In this document: one piece after another, positions 55,297-64,000 of the stretch
Layout: each line of letters opens with the position of its first letter
Numbering within the stretch: position 1 is the first letter of the stretch
Assembly: GCA_964362365.1 (NCBI GenBank)
Contig: CAYIEF010000001.1
Span: 4,207-68,206, forward strand
Direction of reading: 5' to 3'
DNA from: an uncultured Methanosarcinales archaeon
GTDB taxonomy: Archaea; Nanobdellota; Nanobdellia; Woesearchaeales; GW2011-AR9
DNA length: 64,000 nucleotides
Position numbers and translations under genes: made by a program
The notes under the pieces: model-generated
Told to the model about the DNA's origin: nothing
Seen by the model: the letters and a program-made list of their open reading frames with translations, nothing else
The model's database searches: none

Positions 55297-55564
55297 AGAT
55301 ATAGACGCCCGATGAGCAGTGATACTTTGACATCGTTATCAACTAAACATTGAACAAATGAATCTTTTTTCTCTTCCGAAGCTAGATATTTTACTGCTCC
55401 GTAAGTTCCTGCGCCTAAATAAACGTAAAGTATTTAAATTAAAGCTCTCCCAAGCTTCAAAAACAATAATTATAGGAAATAACTTAAATTAACAGTTAGA
55501 TTATCAAAGCTTAAGTGATTTCCTAATAAATATAAATTTCAAACCACAGCATGGTGCAAATCAA

Positions 55565-57565
55565 ATGATTGAAGTTAGTTTATTAGCAATTATAATTAGT
55601 ATCGTAGCTTTAGCTTATGCCGGATATCTTTCTTTTAAGGTTATGAAGATTAATCCTGGAAATGAAAAGATGAAAGAGATTTCCAACGCCATTAAGGAAG
55701 GGGCGATGGCTTATATGGCTCGCCAATATAAGACCATTGCCGTATTTGCGATAATTATTTTCATTGTTTTATTGAAGCTATTTGAAACCCCGATAGCTTT
55801 AGGATTCCTATTAGGGGCAGTTCTTTCTGGAATTTCTGGTTATATCGGAATGAGTATCTCAGTCAGAGCTAATTCCCGAACCGCGGAAACTGCTAAAAAA
55901 GGTTTGAAAGAAGCTTTAGACGTTGCTTTTAAGGGGGGTTCAGTTACCGGGATGGCCGTAGTCGGACTTGCTTTACTTGCTGTCAGCACATTTTATTATT
56001 TTTATCCTGCTCCCAGTATGTTGGTCGGGTTAGGGTTTGGCGCTTCATTAATTTCTTTATTTGCCAGAGTAGGGGGAGGGATTTATACTAAAGCAGCAGA
56101 TGTCGGAGCAGATTTAGTTGGGAAAATTGAAGCAGGAATTCCTGAAGATGATCCACGAAATCCGGCAACAATTGCTGACAATGTTGGGGATAATGTTGGA
56201 GATTGCGCAGGCATGGGAGCTGATTTGTATGAAACTTATGTCGTTACTTTATTAGCGGCGATGCTGTTAGGGATCATTCCTAGTGTCTCTGCCGGTTTCA
56301 ATCAAGCGGTAGAATATCCTTTAATGTTGGGTTGTGTTGCGATTGTTGCTTCTATTTTAGGAACATTCTTTGTTAAATTAGGAAAATCAGAAAATATCAT
56401 GATGGCTTTGTACAAAGGATTAATTGGGGCAGGCATTTTTTCCGCGGCTGGATTTTACGCCGTAACTTATTACACTAAAAATCCAATTAATCTGTTTTTA
56501 GCCGCAATCGTTGGTTTAGTTATTACTTTATTAATCAATATCATTACTGAATATTATACTAGCACAAAATATCGGCCGGTTAAAAAAATTGCTGAAGCTT
56601 CTAATACTGGAGCTGGAACAAATTTAATTACTGGTTTAGCTATGGGTTTGGAATCAACTTTGCTCCCTGTTTTAGTCATCTGTGGCGGAATTATTGCTGC
56701 TTATATGTTAGCTGGAATTTACGGTGTTGCGATCGCTGCTGTTGCAATGTTATCCTTAACTGGAGTCGTTATTGCTTTAGACAGTTACGGGCCAATCACC
56801 GATAATGCCGGCGGTATCGCTGAAATGGCCGGCTTAGATAAAAAAGTCAGAAACGTTACCGATGCTTTAGATGCAGTTGGAAACACAACTAAAGCCGTTA
56901 CTAAAGGTTACGCCATCGGCTCTGCAGCTTTAGCTGCATTAGCTTTATTTGCTGCTTTTTCCCAGGAGATTACCGCAATAACCGGAACACCAGTTAGCTT
57001 TTTATTAACCAATCCTGCAGTCTTGGTGGGGTTATTTATTGGAGCTTTGTTGCCGTTTATCTTTTCATCTTTATGCATGACTGCAGTTGGAAGTTCAGCC
57101 CATGAAATAGTAATTGAAGTACGCAGACAATTTAAAGAGATCAAAGGGTTAATGGAAGGGAAGGCTAAACCAGAATACGGCAAATGCGTAGATATCGTAA
57201 CTAAAGCTGCGTTGAGAAATATGGTTCTTCCAGCCGTGTTGGCCATTGCTGCACCGCTTTTAGTTGGATTATTATTGGGAATAAAAGCATTAGGCGGATT
57301 GTTGATTGGAGTTATCTTAAGCGGCTTAATGATGGCTTTATTTATGTCCAATACCGGAGCAGCATGGGATAATGCTAAGAAATTGATTGAAAAAGGCTCA
57401 GGAAAAGGTACTGAAGCTCACAAAGCAGCGGTTGTTGGTGACACAGTTGGAGATCCGTTCAAAGACACTGCCGGGCCGGCTTTAAACGCTTTAATCAAAG
57501 TCATGAATACTTTTGCCATCGTCTTTGCACCAGTTTTAATAGCTTATGGATTAAATTTGTTTTAA
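55565..57565 (+). CDS. hppA: membrane-bound proton-translocating pyrophosphatase, K+-independent type
   Basis: 666 aa, 15-16 TM helices. DVGADLVGK and DNVGDNVGD acidic motifs. GNTTKAV has Lys at the A/K-determining position, indicating K+-independence (from memory of the rule). Confidence 0.95.
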   Translation: MIEVSLLAIIISIVALAYAGYLSFKVMKINPGNEKMKEISNAIKEGAMAYMARQYKTIAVFAIIIFIVLLKLFETPIALGFLLGAVLSGISGYIGMSISVRANSRTAETAKKGLKEALDVAFKGGSVTGMAVVGLALLAVSTFYYFYPAPSMLVGLGFGASLISLFARVGGGIYTKAADVGADLVGKIEAGIPEDDPRNPATIADNVGDNVGDCAGMGADLYETYVVTLLAAMLLGIIPSVSAGFNQAVEYPLMLGCVAIVASILGTFFVKLGKSENIMMALYKGLIGAGIFSAAGFYAVTYYTKNPINLFLAAIVGLVITLLINIITEYYTSTKYRPVKKIAEASNTGAGTNLITGLAMGLESTLLPVLVICGGIIAAYMLAGIYGVAIAAVAMLSLTGVVIALDSYGPITDNAGGIAEMAGLDKKVRNVTDALDAVGNTTKAVTKGYAIGSAALAALALFAAFSQEITAITGTPVSFLLTNPAVLVGLFIGALLPFIFSSLCMTAVGSSAHEIVIEVRRQFKEIKGLMEGKAKPEYGKCVDIVTKAALRNMVLPAVLAIAAPLLVGLLLGIKALGGLLIGVILSGLMMALFMSNTGAAWDNAKKLIEKGSGKGTEAHKAAVVGDTVGDPFKDTAGPALNALIKVMNTFAIVFAPVLIAYGLNLF

Positions 57566-57573
57566 GAAGTGGG

Positions 57574-57876
57574 TTATTTAGGATGTTTTACTTTTTCTAT
57601 TTCCGCCGTTATTTTTTGCTCAAGCTCTGCCACTGCTTTTTCAGCACCGTAGAGCCAGATTGTTGCTCTATGTGACTGATGAAGAAAATCATCATAATTT
57701 GTCGAAGAAGCATACATTACTGTAACTCCGTTAATATGATAATAATTTACTTGCCTTGAACTTTGAAAATTATGAGCCGAATGAAAATGCTGGTTTATGG
57801 GTTCACAGCCAACATCTCTAGGAATTACAAAATCAAAACCAGGTAGTTTTGGCCCATCGTATATTTTCTTTTTCAT
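57574..57876 (-). CDS. hypothetical protein
   Basis: 100-aa ORF. Confidence 0.4.
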   Translation of the reverse strand: MKKKIYDGPKLPGFDFVIPRDVGCEPINQHFHSAHNFQSSRQVNYYHINGVTVMYASSTNYDDFLHQSHRATIWLYGAEKAVAELEQKITAEIEKVKHPK

Positions 57877-57918
57877 CTTACATCCAAAATAGAGATTAAA
57901 TATAAATGTTTGCGTAGT

Positions 57919-58314
57919 TTAGAATCTCTTGTTCTTTCCTAGATAATCGCTTACCACATTCTCAAGAGAACGATTCAATTGAGATTTAGGAACAAACCCG
58001 TCGGCCCCCGCATCCAGCCACTGCTGCCGGCAAGTATGATCCATAGACATGCCAAAAATAGTCAAATCTGGATGCTCTTTTTTCATCTGCGAACATACTT
58101 CATACCCAGGAAGACCTGGTGGCATTTGGGTATCCATAAGTATAAAGTGGTATTTCTGCTGCTGCAGAAGCTGCAGGGCTTGCTGCCCATCTCCAGCTAT
58201 ATGTACTTCTACTGTCTTGACATAAGAAGAGAGAAGATCTTCAACTTTCAGCTGTAACGCTTCTCTTACTAAATCGTCGTCATCAACGATTAAAAATCTG
58301 GTAACTTCGTTCAT
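57919..58314 (-). CDS. stand-alone response-regulator receiver (CheY-like) domain protein
   Basis: LIVDDDDLV ... ILMDTQMP ... K pattern (acidic pocket, phospho-Asp, Lys). 131 aa. No kinase in the window. Confidence 0.7.
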   Translation of the reverse strand: MNEVTRFLIVDDDDLVREALQLKVEDLLSSYVKTVEVHIAGDGQQALQLLQQQKYHFILMDTQMPPGLPGYEVCSQMKKEHPDLTIFGMSMDHTCRQQWLDAGADGFVPKSQLNRSLENVVSDYLGKNKRF

Positions 58315-58411
58315 AGGTGATGACGAAATTAATTTATTTATATGTATTGTGAACCTAGAACCTAAACACGAAAAGATAAGTATAAAAAGAAATAAATTCT
58401 TCTTCTCTTAG

Positions 58412-59701
58412 ATGAAAAGAGGCCGAAACAAAAAAGAGGAGTCAAAACTAAAAAGATTCTTTAAGAAATTAGGGCCTGGTTTTATCACCGGCGCATCGGA
58501 TGATGATCCTTCAGGGATAGGAACGTATTCCCAGACTGGAGCCCAATTTGGCTACAACCAACTTTGGACGGCTTTATTTTCCTTTCCATTCATGGCGGCA
58601 ATCCAAGAGATGTGCGGGCGGATTGGAATAGTAACCGGAAAAGGCCTGGCCGGAGTGATGAAAAAGCATTATTCAAAAACAGTCTTATATTTTTGCGTGC
58701 TGATTTTGCTGGTCGCCAACACCATCAACATCGGAGCAGACTTAGGAGCGATGGCTTATTCTGGGCAATTGATCTTTGGCATACCATTCATCTATTGGCT
58801 TTTAGGGATAACCGCCATAACCCTTCTTCTGGAAATCTTTGTCTCCTACCGGCTATATGCCAAAGTGCTCAAATATTTCACTTTTTCCCTGTTATCATAC
58901 CTGATTGTTGCCTTTCTGGTAAAACAAGATTGGCCTGCTATCTTAATTTCAACCTTCATCCCCAGCTTTTCTTTTACCAAAGAGTATCTGTTTAATATCG
59001 TGGCCATCCTGGGAACAACCATATCGCCTTATTTGTTTTTTTGGCAGGCCAGCGAAGAGGTAGAGGAAGAAGTTGAAGCAAAAGAATTACGGGAGATGGG
59101 AAATGGAATTCCAAAATTCCATGCTTCAAGAATAAAAGACCTGAGAATTGACACTATCGTTGGAATGTCTTTCTCAAATTTAATCATGTTTTTCATCATC
59201 GTCACCACCGCTTCAACCTTAGGCGCGCATGGGATCACCGATATTCAAACTGTAGATCAGGCTGCGCAGGCTTTACGGCCTCTAGCAGGAGATTGGGCAT
59301 ATTTATTGTTTGCTTTAGGAATCATAGGCACTGGGCTGTTGGCGGTGCCAGTTTTAGCCGGTTCAGCATCATATGCTCTAGCAGAAACATTCAACATGAA
59401 AGAAGGGCTTTACCGTAAATTTAAGCAAGCTCATGGATTTTACGGAGTCATAACACTGGCGACCATTGTCGGATTGATCATTAACTTCACCAGCATTCCA
59501 CCGTTTAAGGTCCTCTATTATACTGCTATCCTGAACGGCCTGGCCGCTCCGCCGCTCCTGGTGATGATAATGCTGATCTCAAATAATAAAAAAGTTTTAG
59601 GTAACTATACTAACCATAAACTCTCAAATTACCTTGGCTGGACCATCACCGCAATGATGGCTTTATGTGCAATCGCTTTAATAGCCAGTTTATTTTTCTA
59701 A
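58412..59701 (+). CDS. mntH: NRAMP-family divalent metal (Mn2+/Fe2+) transporter
   Basis: GPGFITGASDDDPSGIGTYSQTGAQFGY is the Nramp signature. 11-12 TM helices. Confidence 0.9.
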   Translation: MKRGRNKKEESKLKRFFKKLGPGFITGASDDDPSGIGTYSQTGAQFGYNQLWTALFSFPFMAAIQEMCGRIGIVTGKGLAGVMKKHYSKTVLYFCVLILLVANTINIGADLGAMAYSGQLIFGIPFIYWLLGITAITLLLEIFVSYRLYAKVLKYFTFSLLSYLIVAFLVKQDWPAILISTFIPSFSFTKEYLFNIVAILGTTISPYLFFWQASEEVEEEVEAKELREMGNGIPKFHASRIKDLRIDTIVGMSFSNLIMFFIIVTTASTLGAHGITDIQTVDQAAQALRPLAGDWAYLLFALGIIGTGLLAVPVLAGSASYALAETFNMKEGLYRKFKQAHGFYGVITLATIVGLIINFTSIPPFKVLYYTAILNGLAAPPLLVMIMLISNNKKVLGNYTNHKLSNYLGWTITAMMALCAIALIASLFF

Positions 59702-59857
59702 GACCCATTACTACTTTTTCAGTCCTAGTTTTGTTATCTTCCTATGCAAAAATATTTTTTCCCGGCAGATAATTCTTGGTGAGCAATATATGATAATAGC
59801 ATGCCTGCTAATAAGCCACTTAACGAAAGAATGGGAATAACAAAGGGGGTGATGATT

Positions 59858-60901
59858 TTAATCGGAAGTACCATCTTTCAACTCCTCTTTGAAATGTTCT
59901 AAAAAGCGGGCCCAATCTTCTTCTTTGATGACTGCGCCACAGGCATTGGGATGGCCTCCGCCGTGTCCTTCAATGCCAACCAAGGCTTTTTCTAACGCTC
60001 CAGCAATAGGAAATTGTGCTCTAATGCTGCATTTCATGGAACCTGATTTTTCTCTGGCGATAATAATCACTTTTTTGGGGTATAATGCTGATAACTCATT
60101 GGCGATATTGGCAGTAAAAGACCATTGGGAAGAGTTGTAAGTGAACAATACTATTTTGCCTTTAGTGATTTTTTTTTTCGCTTGGGCGAGAATTTCTTCA
60201 TATTTAGCATTGATTTTTTCAAAACGCTTGTAAAGAAACTTCCCGGCAGAAGATTCTTGGTTGTATATCTCCTGAGGAGATTTGATTTTACTTAAAACGC
60301 TGATAGACTTACGCACCTCTGGACTAGGGCCTTTCTGCAGGAAAAAAAATAATTTTACTAGTCTTCCTACCTGGTTTTTATATAGAGTAGTAGTCAAATC
60401 ACTTTTTTCAGAAAGCAATCCGGGATATTTCTCGATAAACCTATCGATAAAATCAGGCATATGCCAATCGGCTAAGCATCCTGCTGTTGCGATCCAGAGA
60501 TCATCCTCATTTTGAGAAATCTGATATGCCATCCGGGTGGTTGGCACATAAGCATCCGCATCTTTTAGGCGCGGATTAAAATACTGAACATTTTTAATTT
60601 GCTGCGGCTGGTGATGATCAATCCAGAAGATAGGAACTTTCACTGCATCTACAAATTCCTGGCTCAGGACAGGGATATCCAAGATAAATATTTTGTCTGG
60701 CTGTATTTCTTGCACTTTGCGGACCAATTGCTCATCAATCTTAGAAGAGTCGGTCACTCTTACTCCTTTCCCTTCCCGGTAGATCCGGTACAGTAAAAGG
60801 AAAGAACACAAGCCATCGGCATCAGAATCATAGAGAAATAATGGATTTTTAGCAGTTTTCAGTTCCTCTTGCAGCAAGGTTATTTGGGCAGGGCTAAGCA
60901 T
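59858..60901 (-). CDS. DHH/DHHA1 phosphoesterase (NrnA/RecJ-like nanoRNase)
   Basis: DSDADGLCS (motif I), IDHHQP (DHH) and GGGHPNACG (DHHA1). Confidence 0.8.
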   Translation of the reverse strand: MLSPAQITLLQEELKTAKNPLFLYDSDADGLCSFLLLYRIYREGKGVRVTDSSKIDEQLVRKVQEIQPDKIFILDIPVLSQEFVDAVKVPIFWIDHHQPQQIKNVQYFNPRLKDADAYVPTTRMAYQISQNEDDLWIATAGCLADWHMPDFIDRFIEKYPGLLSEKSDLTTTLYKNQVGRLVKLFFFLQKGPSPEVRKSISVLSKIKSPQEIYNQESSAGKFLYKRFEKINAKYEEILAQAKKKITKGKIVLFTYNSSQWSFTANIANELSALYPKKVIIIAREKSGSMKCSIRAQFPIAGALEKALVGIEGHGGGHPNACGAVIKEEDWARFLEHFKEELKDGTSD

Positions 60902-61013
60902 TTAGAGTAAAACTATTCCATAATTTTTAAAACTTTAGCTGGGGGATTTAAGTCAGGAGTAAGGTTTAGTCAGGAAAAATTAATAAAAAAGAACAGCCAT
61001 AAACATCAACCAG

Positions 61014-61781
61014 ATGAAATATTCAAGATTGATGGAGTATTGGCAGGAAAAGCCTACTTTAATGGAAGCGTTAGTATGGAAGCATTACCTTCTAAGCCGG
61101 GGCTTCATGTACGTTGGCGATTCTTCACTACAGCAAACTTCAGCAGATTTTAACAAAGAAGTTATTAGAAAACTGCAAAAAGCAGAAAAAGTGGCGAAGA
61201 TACCTGTTTTTAATTCTGGACCTTTCGGGTATTTAGGATGGGAAGAAGCAATCGTAGAAGGCCGATATCACTTCTTTGTTCGTTTTCCAGAAGAAGAGGA
61301 AGAAGATATTCCCGATACTTTACCCGGCGGCTTTCGGGTTGAACGCCAATTGGATTTGTTTGAAAATCCCGCTTCACCATCCAGGGCCATTAAAAGAAGG
61401 TTGCCATCAGAACTGCTGTACAAACTTAGTTTTGAGAGGCTGGGCATCCTCCACGAACAGGTAGAAGAATGGTATTTTGAACCAAACAAAAAAGAGGGTA
61501 GGAACCAGAGATTTAAATGTGCACTTACAGTTGAGGATATCATAACTATGAGCAAAATGGAAAATAATACCGAGCTTAATGCGGCTCAACTGCGGAGGAG
61601 CAAGCATTCCGCTCCGGAAGAGAGAAGTGCAGGAAAACGACTGGAAGATTACTTACGCAATACTCCCTTGGTCACGCGGGTGTCAAGAAGTCCTATCTAT
61701 ACGCTTTCTTTGACAGCATTAGATGGATGGTACGCTGCGGTGGTGCATAAAAAGTATCTGCCGGAAGTTTTCCATGATTAA
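61014..61781 (+). CDS. hypothetical protein
   Basis: 255-aa ORF. No family recognised. Confidence 0.45.
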   Translation: MKYSRLMEYWQEKPTLMEALVWKHYLLSRGFMYVGDSSLQQTSADFNKEVIRKLQKAEKVAKIPVFNSGPFGYLGWEEAIVEGRYHFFVRFPEEEEEDIPDTLPGGFRVERQLDLFENPASPSRAIKRRLPSELLYKLSFERLGILHEQVEEWYFEPNKKEGRNQRFKCALTVEDIITMSKMENNTELNAAQLRRSKHSAPEERSAGKRLEDYLRNTPLVTRVSRSPIYTLSLTALDGWYAAVVHKKYLPEVFHD

Positions 61782-61896
61782 AGAATTATTCTTTAATCCG
61801 GCAGTAAGTTACTGGTACTTTACAGCTGCCTCCCCATTTACTATCTCTTTTTCTTGAGAATAGTAACAGGTGCTTTACAGAATTTTCCAAAATAAT

Positions 61897-63636
61897 TTAC
61901 TCTACATCTTCTACTTTTTCCAGCATTTGCGCAATCACGTCAAATCCGCTCTGCCAGAATTTTTCAGAAGTGATGTCTGCCCCAACAGCGCCGGTAATTT
62001 CCAATGGAGACTCGCTTCCGCCCTTGGCCAGCATTTCTACAATTTTGTCGGTGTAGGCCGCTCCTTTTTCTTTGTAAGTCTCGTACAAAGCCAGCGTTAG
62101 CAAATTTCCGAAAGCGTAGGCGTAGCAATAGAAGGGGGTGTGAAAGATATGGGGGATGTAACACCATTCATAGGCGAAAATCTCATCAACCTCAACTTTA
62201 GAGCCAAGCTGGTTGCGTAAATCTTGCAGATATGCTTTGCTGATCTCGTCGATGGTTTTTCCTTCTTCCAGCATCTTGTGCGCTTTGAGTTCGAAACGTA
62301 CAAATCCAGCTTGCCTGATGATAGAAGCATATATCTCTTCCAGCTTGATGAAGAGCAGATCTTTAGCCCGATCAGGATATTTTTTCAAAAGGCGTTCGGA
62401 AAGAACCATCTCAGAAAAGATAGAAGCGGTTTCAGCTAAGGGAAGAGGAGCGTGGAAGGTAAATTCGGTCTGTTCTCGAGCTAGATTATGATGAATACCG
62501 TGGCCAAGTTCGTGGGCGAGGGTGGAGACGTCGCGCAGCGTTCCAGTATAGTTCAACAATACATAGGGATTTAATTTTAAGGCAACACTACAACAGAACG
62601 CGCCGGTATCTTTGTTTTTCTGCACTTGGGGATGGACATGATCAGCAGTGATGATATTTAATGCTTCTCGATGAAAAGCTGGTGAAAAATCTTTGAAGGT
62701 ACTCAAGACCGTAGCAACGGCATCATGATAAGGAATTTCTTTTTCCTTTTTCTTCTGCAAAGGCGCATAGAGATCAAAACGGCGCATTTTTTTCAGGCCA
62801 AGTTTTTTCCGTTTCAATTCAAAGAAGCGCTGGAATAAAGGTTCATTGCGTTCACATACTTTAAGCAACGCTTCTACTGCTTTGTCTGGAATATCATTAC
62901 CATGGTTGCGAACATGGATAGGATTTTTGTAGCCGCGCAGATGCACATTTTCTTCCCGCCAGTCATTGATGATGTTACGATAGACTTCGCCAATGAGATC
63001 TTTATAGGATTTGTATTTTCCTAGCAATGTTTTGTACGCTGCTTCCCGCTTCTTGGGGGAAGGATTTCGTACAAAGGTCAGCAACTGCTCCTGCCCTATC
63101 TTCTTCCCTTCAAATTCAAACTGAAATTGCGAGCAAAGAATAGTATAAATGCTGTTCAATGCCGATACACCAATCACGTCTTTGATATTGATAATCTTCT
63201 CTTCCTTTTCCTCAAGCATATAGGGCTTCAATTTGTACATTTTCTCCAGGAAATAATGATATTTTCCGCTGGAATGGATGAGTCTTAATGCCTCTTTCTC
63301 TGGCAATTGTTTGAACCACAAGCCAAAGAAAAGCAAACGATTGTTTATCTTGGTAAGAAAAGTTTCTACTCGTGACAGCAAGGCGCTGGCTTCCTGGTTG
63401 CTGGAATCTTCCGCAAACCAGAGTTGGGTGTAGGCGCCCAGTTTACTGTTGAGGATCTGCAGTTGCTCTAATTCAGCAAGAAGAGAGAGAAAATCTTTGG
63501 TGGAAATATTTTCTTTAAGCTTCTGGCGCCATTGCTCGATATGTTTGGCTATGGTTTCGATTTCCTGAAAAGTCTTCTGTAGATGGGCAGGCTTTATTTC
63601 TGATAAATCCCAGGAAGAAAGGTGATACTTTTTCAT
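61897..63636 (-). CDS. pepF: oligoendopeptidase F (M3B family)
   Basis: HELGHGIH zinc motif. 579 aa. M3-type helical architecture. Confidence 0.9.
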   Translation of the reverse strand: MKKYHLSSWDLSEIKPAHLQKTFQEIETIAKHIEQWRQKLKENISTKDFLSLLAELEQLQILNSKLGAYTQLWFAEDSSNQEASALLSRVETFLTKINNRLLFFGLWFKQLPEKEALRLIHSSGKYHYFLEKMYKLKPYMLEEKEEKIINIKDVIGVSALNSIYTILCSQFQFEFEGKKIGQEQLLTFVRNPSPKKREAAYKTLLGKYKSYKDLIGEVYRNIINDWREENVHLRGYKNPIHVRNHGNDIPDKAVEALLKVCERNEPLFQRFFELKRKKLGLKKMRRFDLYAPLQKKKEKEIPYHDAVATVLSTFKDFSPAFHREALNIITADHVHPQVQKNKDTGAFCCSVALKLNPYVLLNYTGTLRDVSTLAHELGHGIHHNLAREQTEFTFHAPLPLAETASIFSEMVLSERLLKKYPDRAKDLLFIKLEEIYASIIRQAGFVRFELKAHKMLEEGKTIDEISKAYLQDLRNQLGSKVEVDEIFAYEWCYIPHIFHTPFYCYAYAFGNLLTLALYETYKEKGAAYTDKIVEMLAKGGSESPLEITGAVGADITSEKFWQSGFDVIAQMLEKVEDVE

Positions 63637-63821
63637 ATACAGATATGATCCTCACCTTCATCAAAACTGGTATTGCATTGCGCGCAATATTCTCCGCACC
63701 CTAAAGCAGAACCAAAACTATCACAAGAGCGGTCATTACACTTCTTTTGTCCTTTCTTGTAAGCTTCTACAGTAATCTTCTGGCCGCAGCTGCCCTGGCA
63801 GATATAACGGATGGTAGACAT
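63633..63821 (-). CDS. small Cys-rich zinc-ribbon-like protein coupled to pepF (ATGA overlap)
   Basis: 62 aa with CQGSC, CNDRSC and CGEYCAQC. Confidence 0.35.
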   Translation of the reverse strand: MSTIRYICQGSCGQKITVEAYKKGQKKCNDRSCDSFGSALGCGEYCAQCNTSFDEGEDHICI

Positions 63822-64000
63822 GTATTCACCTTTTTTGTAGATTAATGAAGTTGGGATTTATAAAAGTATTTGTAAACTGATGAGAGAAGAATTATTTCCT
63901 CTGCTTTTCGGAAATTTTAAATAGTAGCGGTTGTTTTTACATCTTATGAACCAAACAAGTGATTGTCTTTGGCACTAGTTCTTTTGTAGATATCACTGGG

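Noticed and set aside
55297-55440. Protein kinase glycine-rich loop (LGAGTYGAV) implying a Ser/Thr kinase gene
   Set aside because: No start codon in the frame, no downstream kinase motifs (VAIK, HRD, DFG) in any frame. More consistent with a short remnant of a dinucleotide-binding protein.
1-64000. CRISPR arrays, rRNA genes, integrases or transposases
   Set aside because: No regularly spaced direct repeats. No rRNA-like conserved blocks. No ORF with recombinase or transposase motifs (DDE, tyrosine or serine recombinase) was recognisable.

Overview
AT-rich, gene-dense segment of an archaeal chromosome, probably from a small-genome archaeon. The lineage call rests on eukaryote/archaea-type ribosomal protein L15e, the RtcB RNA ligase, a NurA-like nuclease, a LAGLIDADG endonuclease, an Lrp/AsnC regulator, an archaeal-type AsnRS, an intron-bearing tRNA and oligo-T terminators. 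I annotate about 75 CDS, two tRNAs (Thr-GGU; a 142-nt Leu-UAA carrying insertions), one tRNA-like remnant, several GC-rich structured intergenic elements and a dispersed repeat family. Housekeeping content includes MetRS, RtcB, L15e, AsnRS with AsnB and AsnC, chorismate mutase with TyrA and PheA, CorA, NRAMP, a CPA2 antiporter, a K+-independent H+-pyrophosphatase, PepF, a site-2 protease and a CcdA-like protein. The accessory-looking stretch at about 27.5-35.7 kb is rich in nucleases: a secreted double-HKD PLD nuclease, a NurA-like protein, a free-standing LAGLIDADG homing endonuclease abutting tRNA-Thr, an EEP-family nuclease, a decayed DinD/Bro-N gene and an HRDC protein. The most striking feature is a tightly coupled six-gene hyf/nuo-like operon (36215-43355): HyfB/NuoL-like, HyfC/NuoH-like, HyfE-like, HyfF/NuoN-like, a NuoC-NuoD fusion and a NuoB-like subunit. 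Its 'large' subunit lacks all four NiFe-ligand cysteines and its 'small' subunit lacks three of the four cysteines of the proximal [4Fe-4S] cluster. No ferredoxin-type subunit is encoded. This is a cofactor-less, presumably redox-silent, ion-translocating hydrogenase-related module (Ehr-like) with no recognisable partner in the window. Other second-look items: a 1-kb two-ORF cassette bounded by nested perfect 14-bp inverted repeats; a roughly 100-nt GC-rich structured RNA candidate with promoter and T5 terminator; a repeat family at about 21.3, 35.9 and 53.7 kb sharing AGCGAAGCGAACG; tandem metallophosphoesterase paralogs, one catalytically degenerate; a CBS-RaiA/HPF-like fusion; an L,D-transpeptidase beside secreted Cys-rich proteins.
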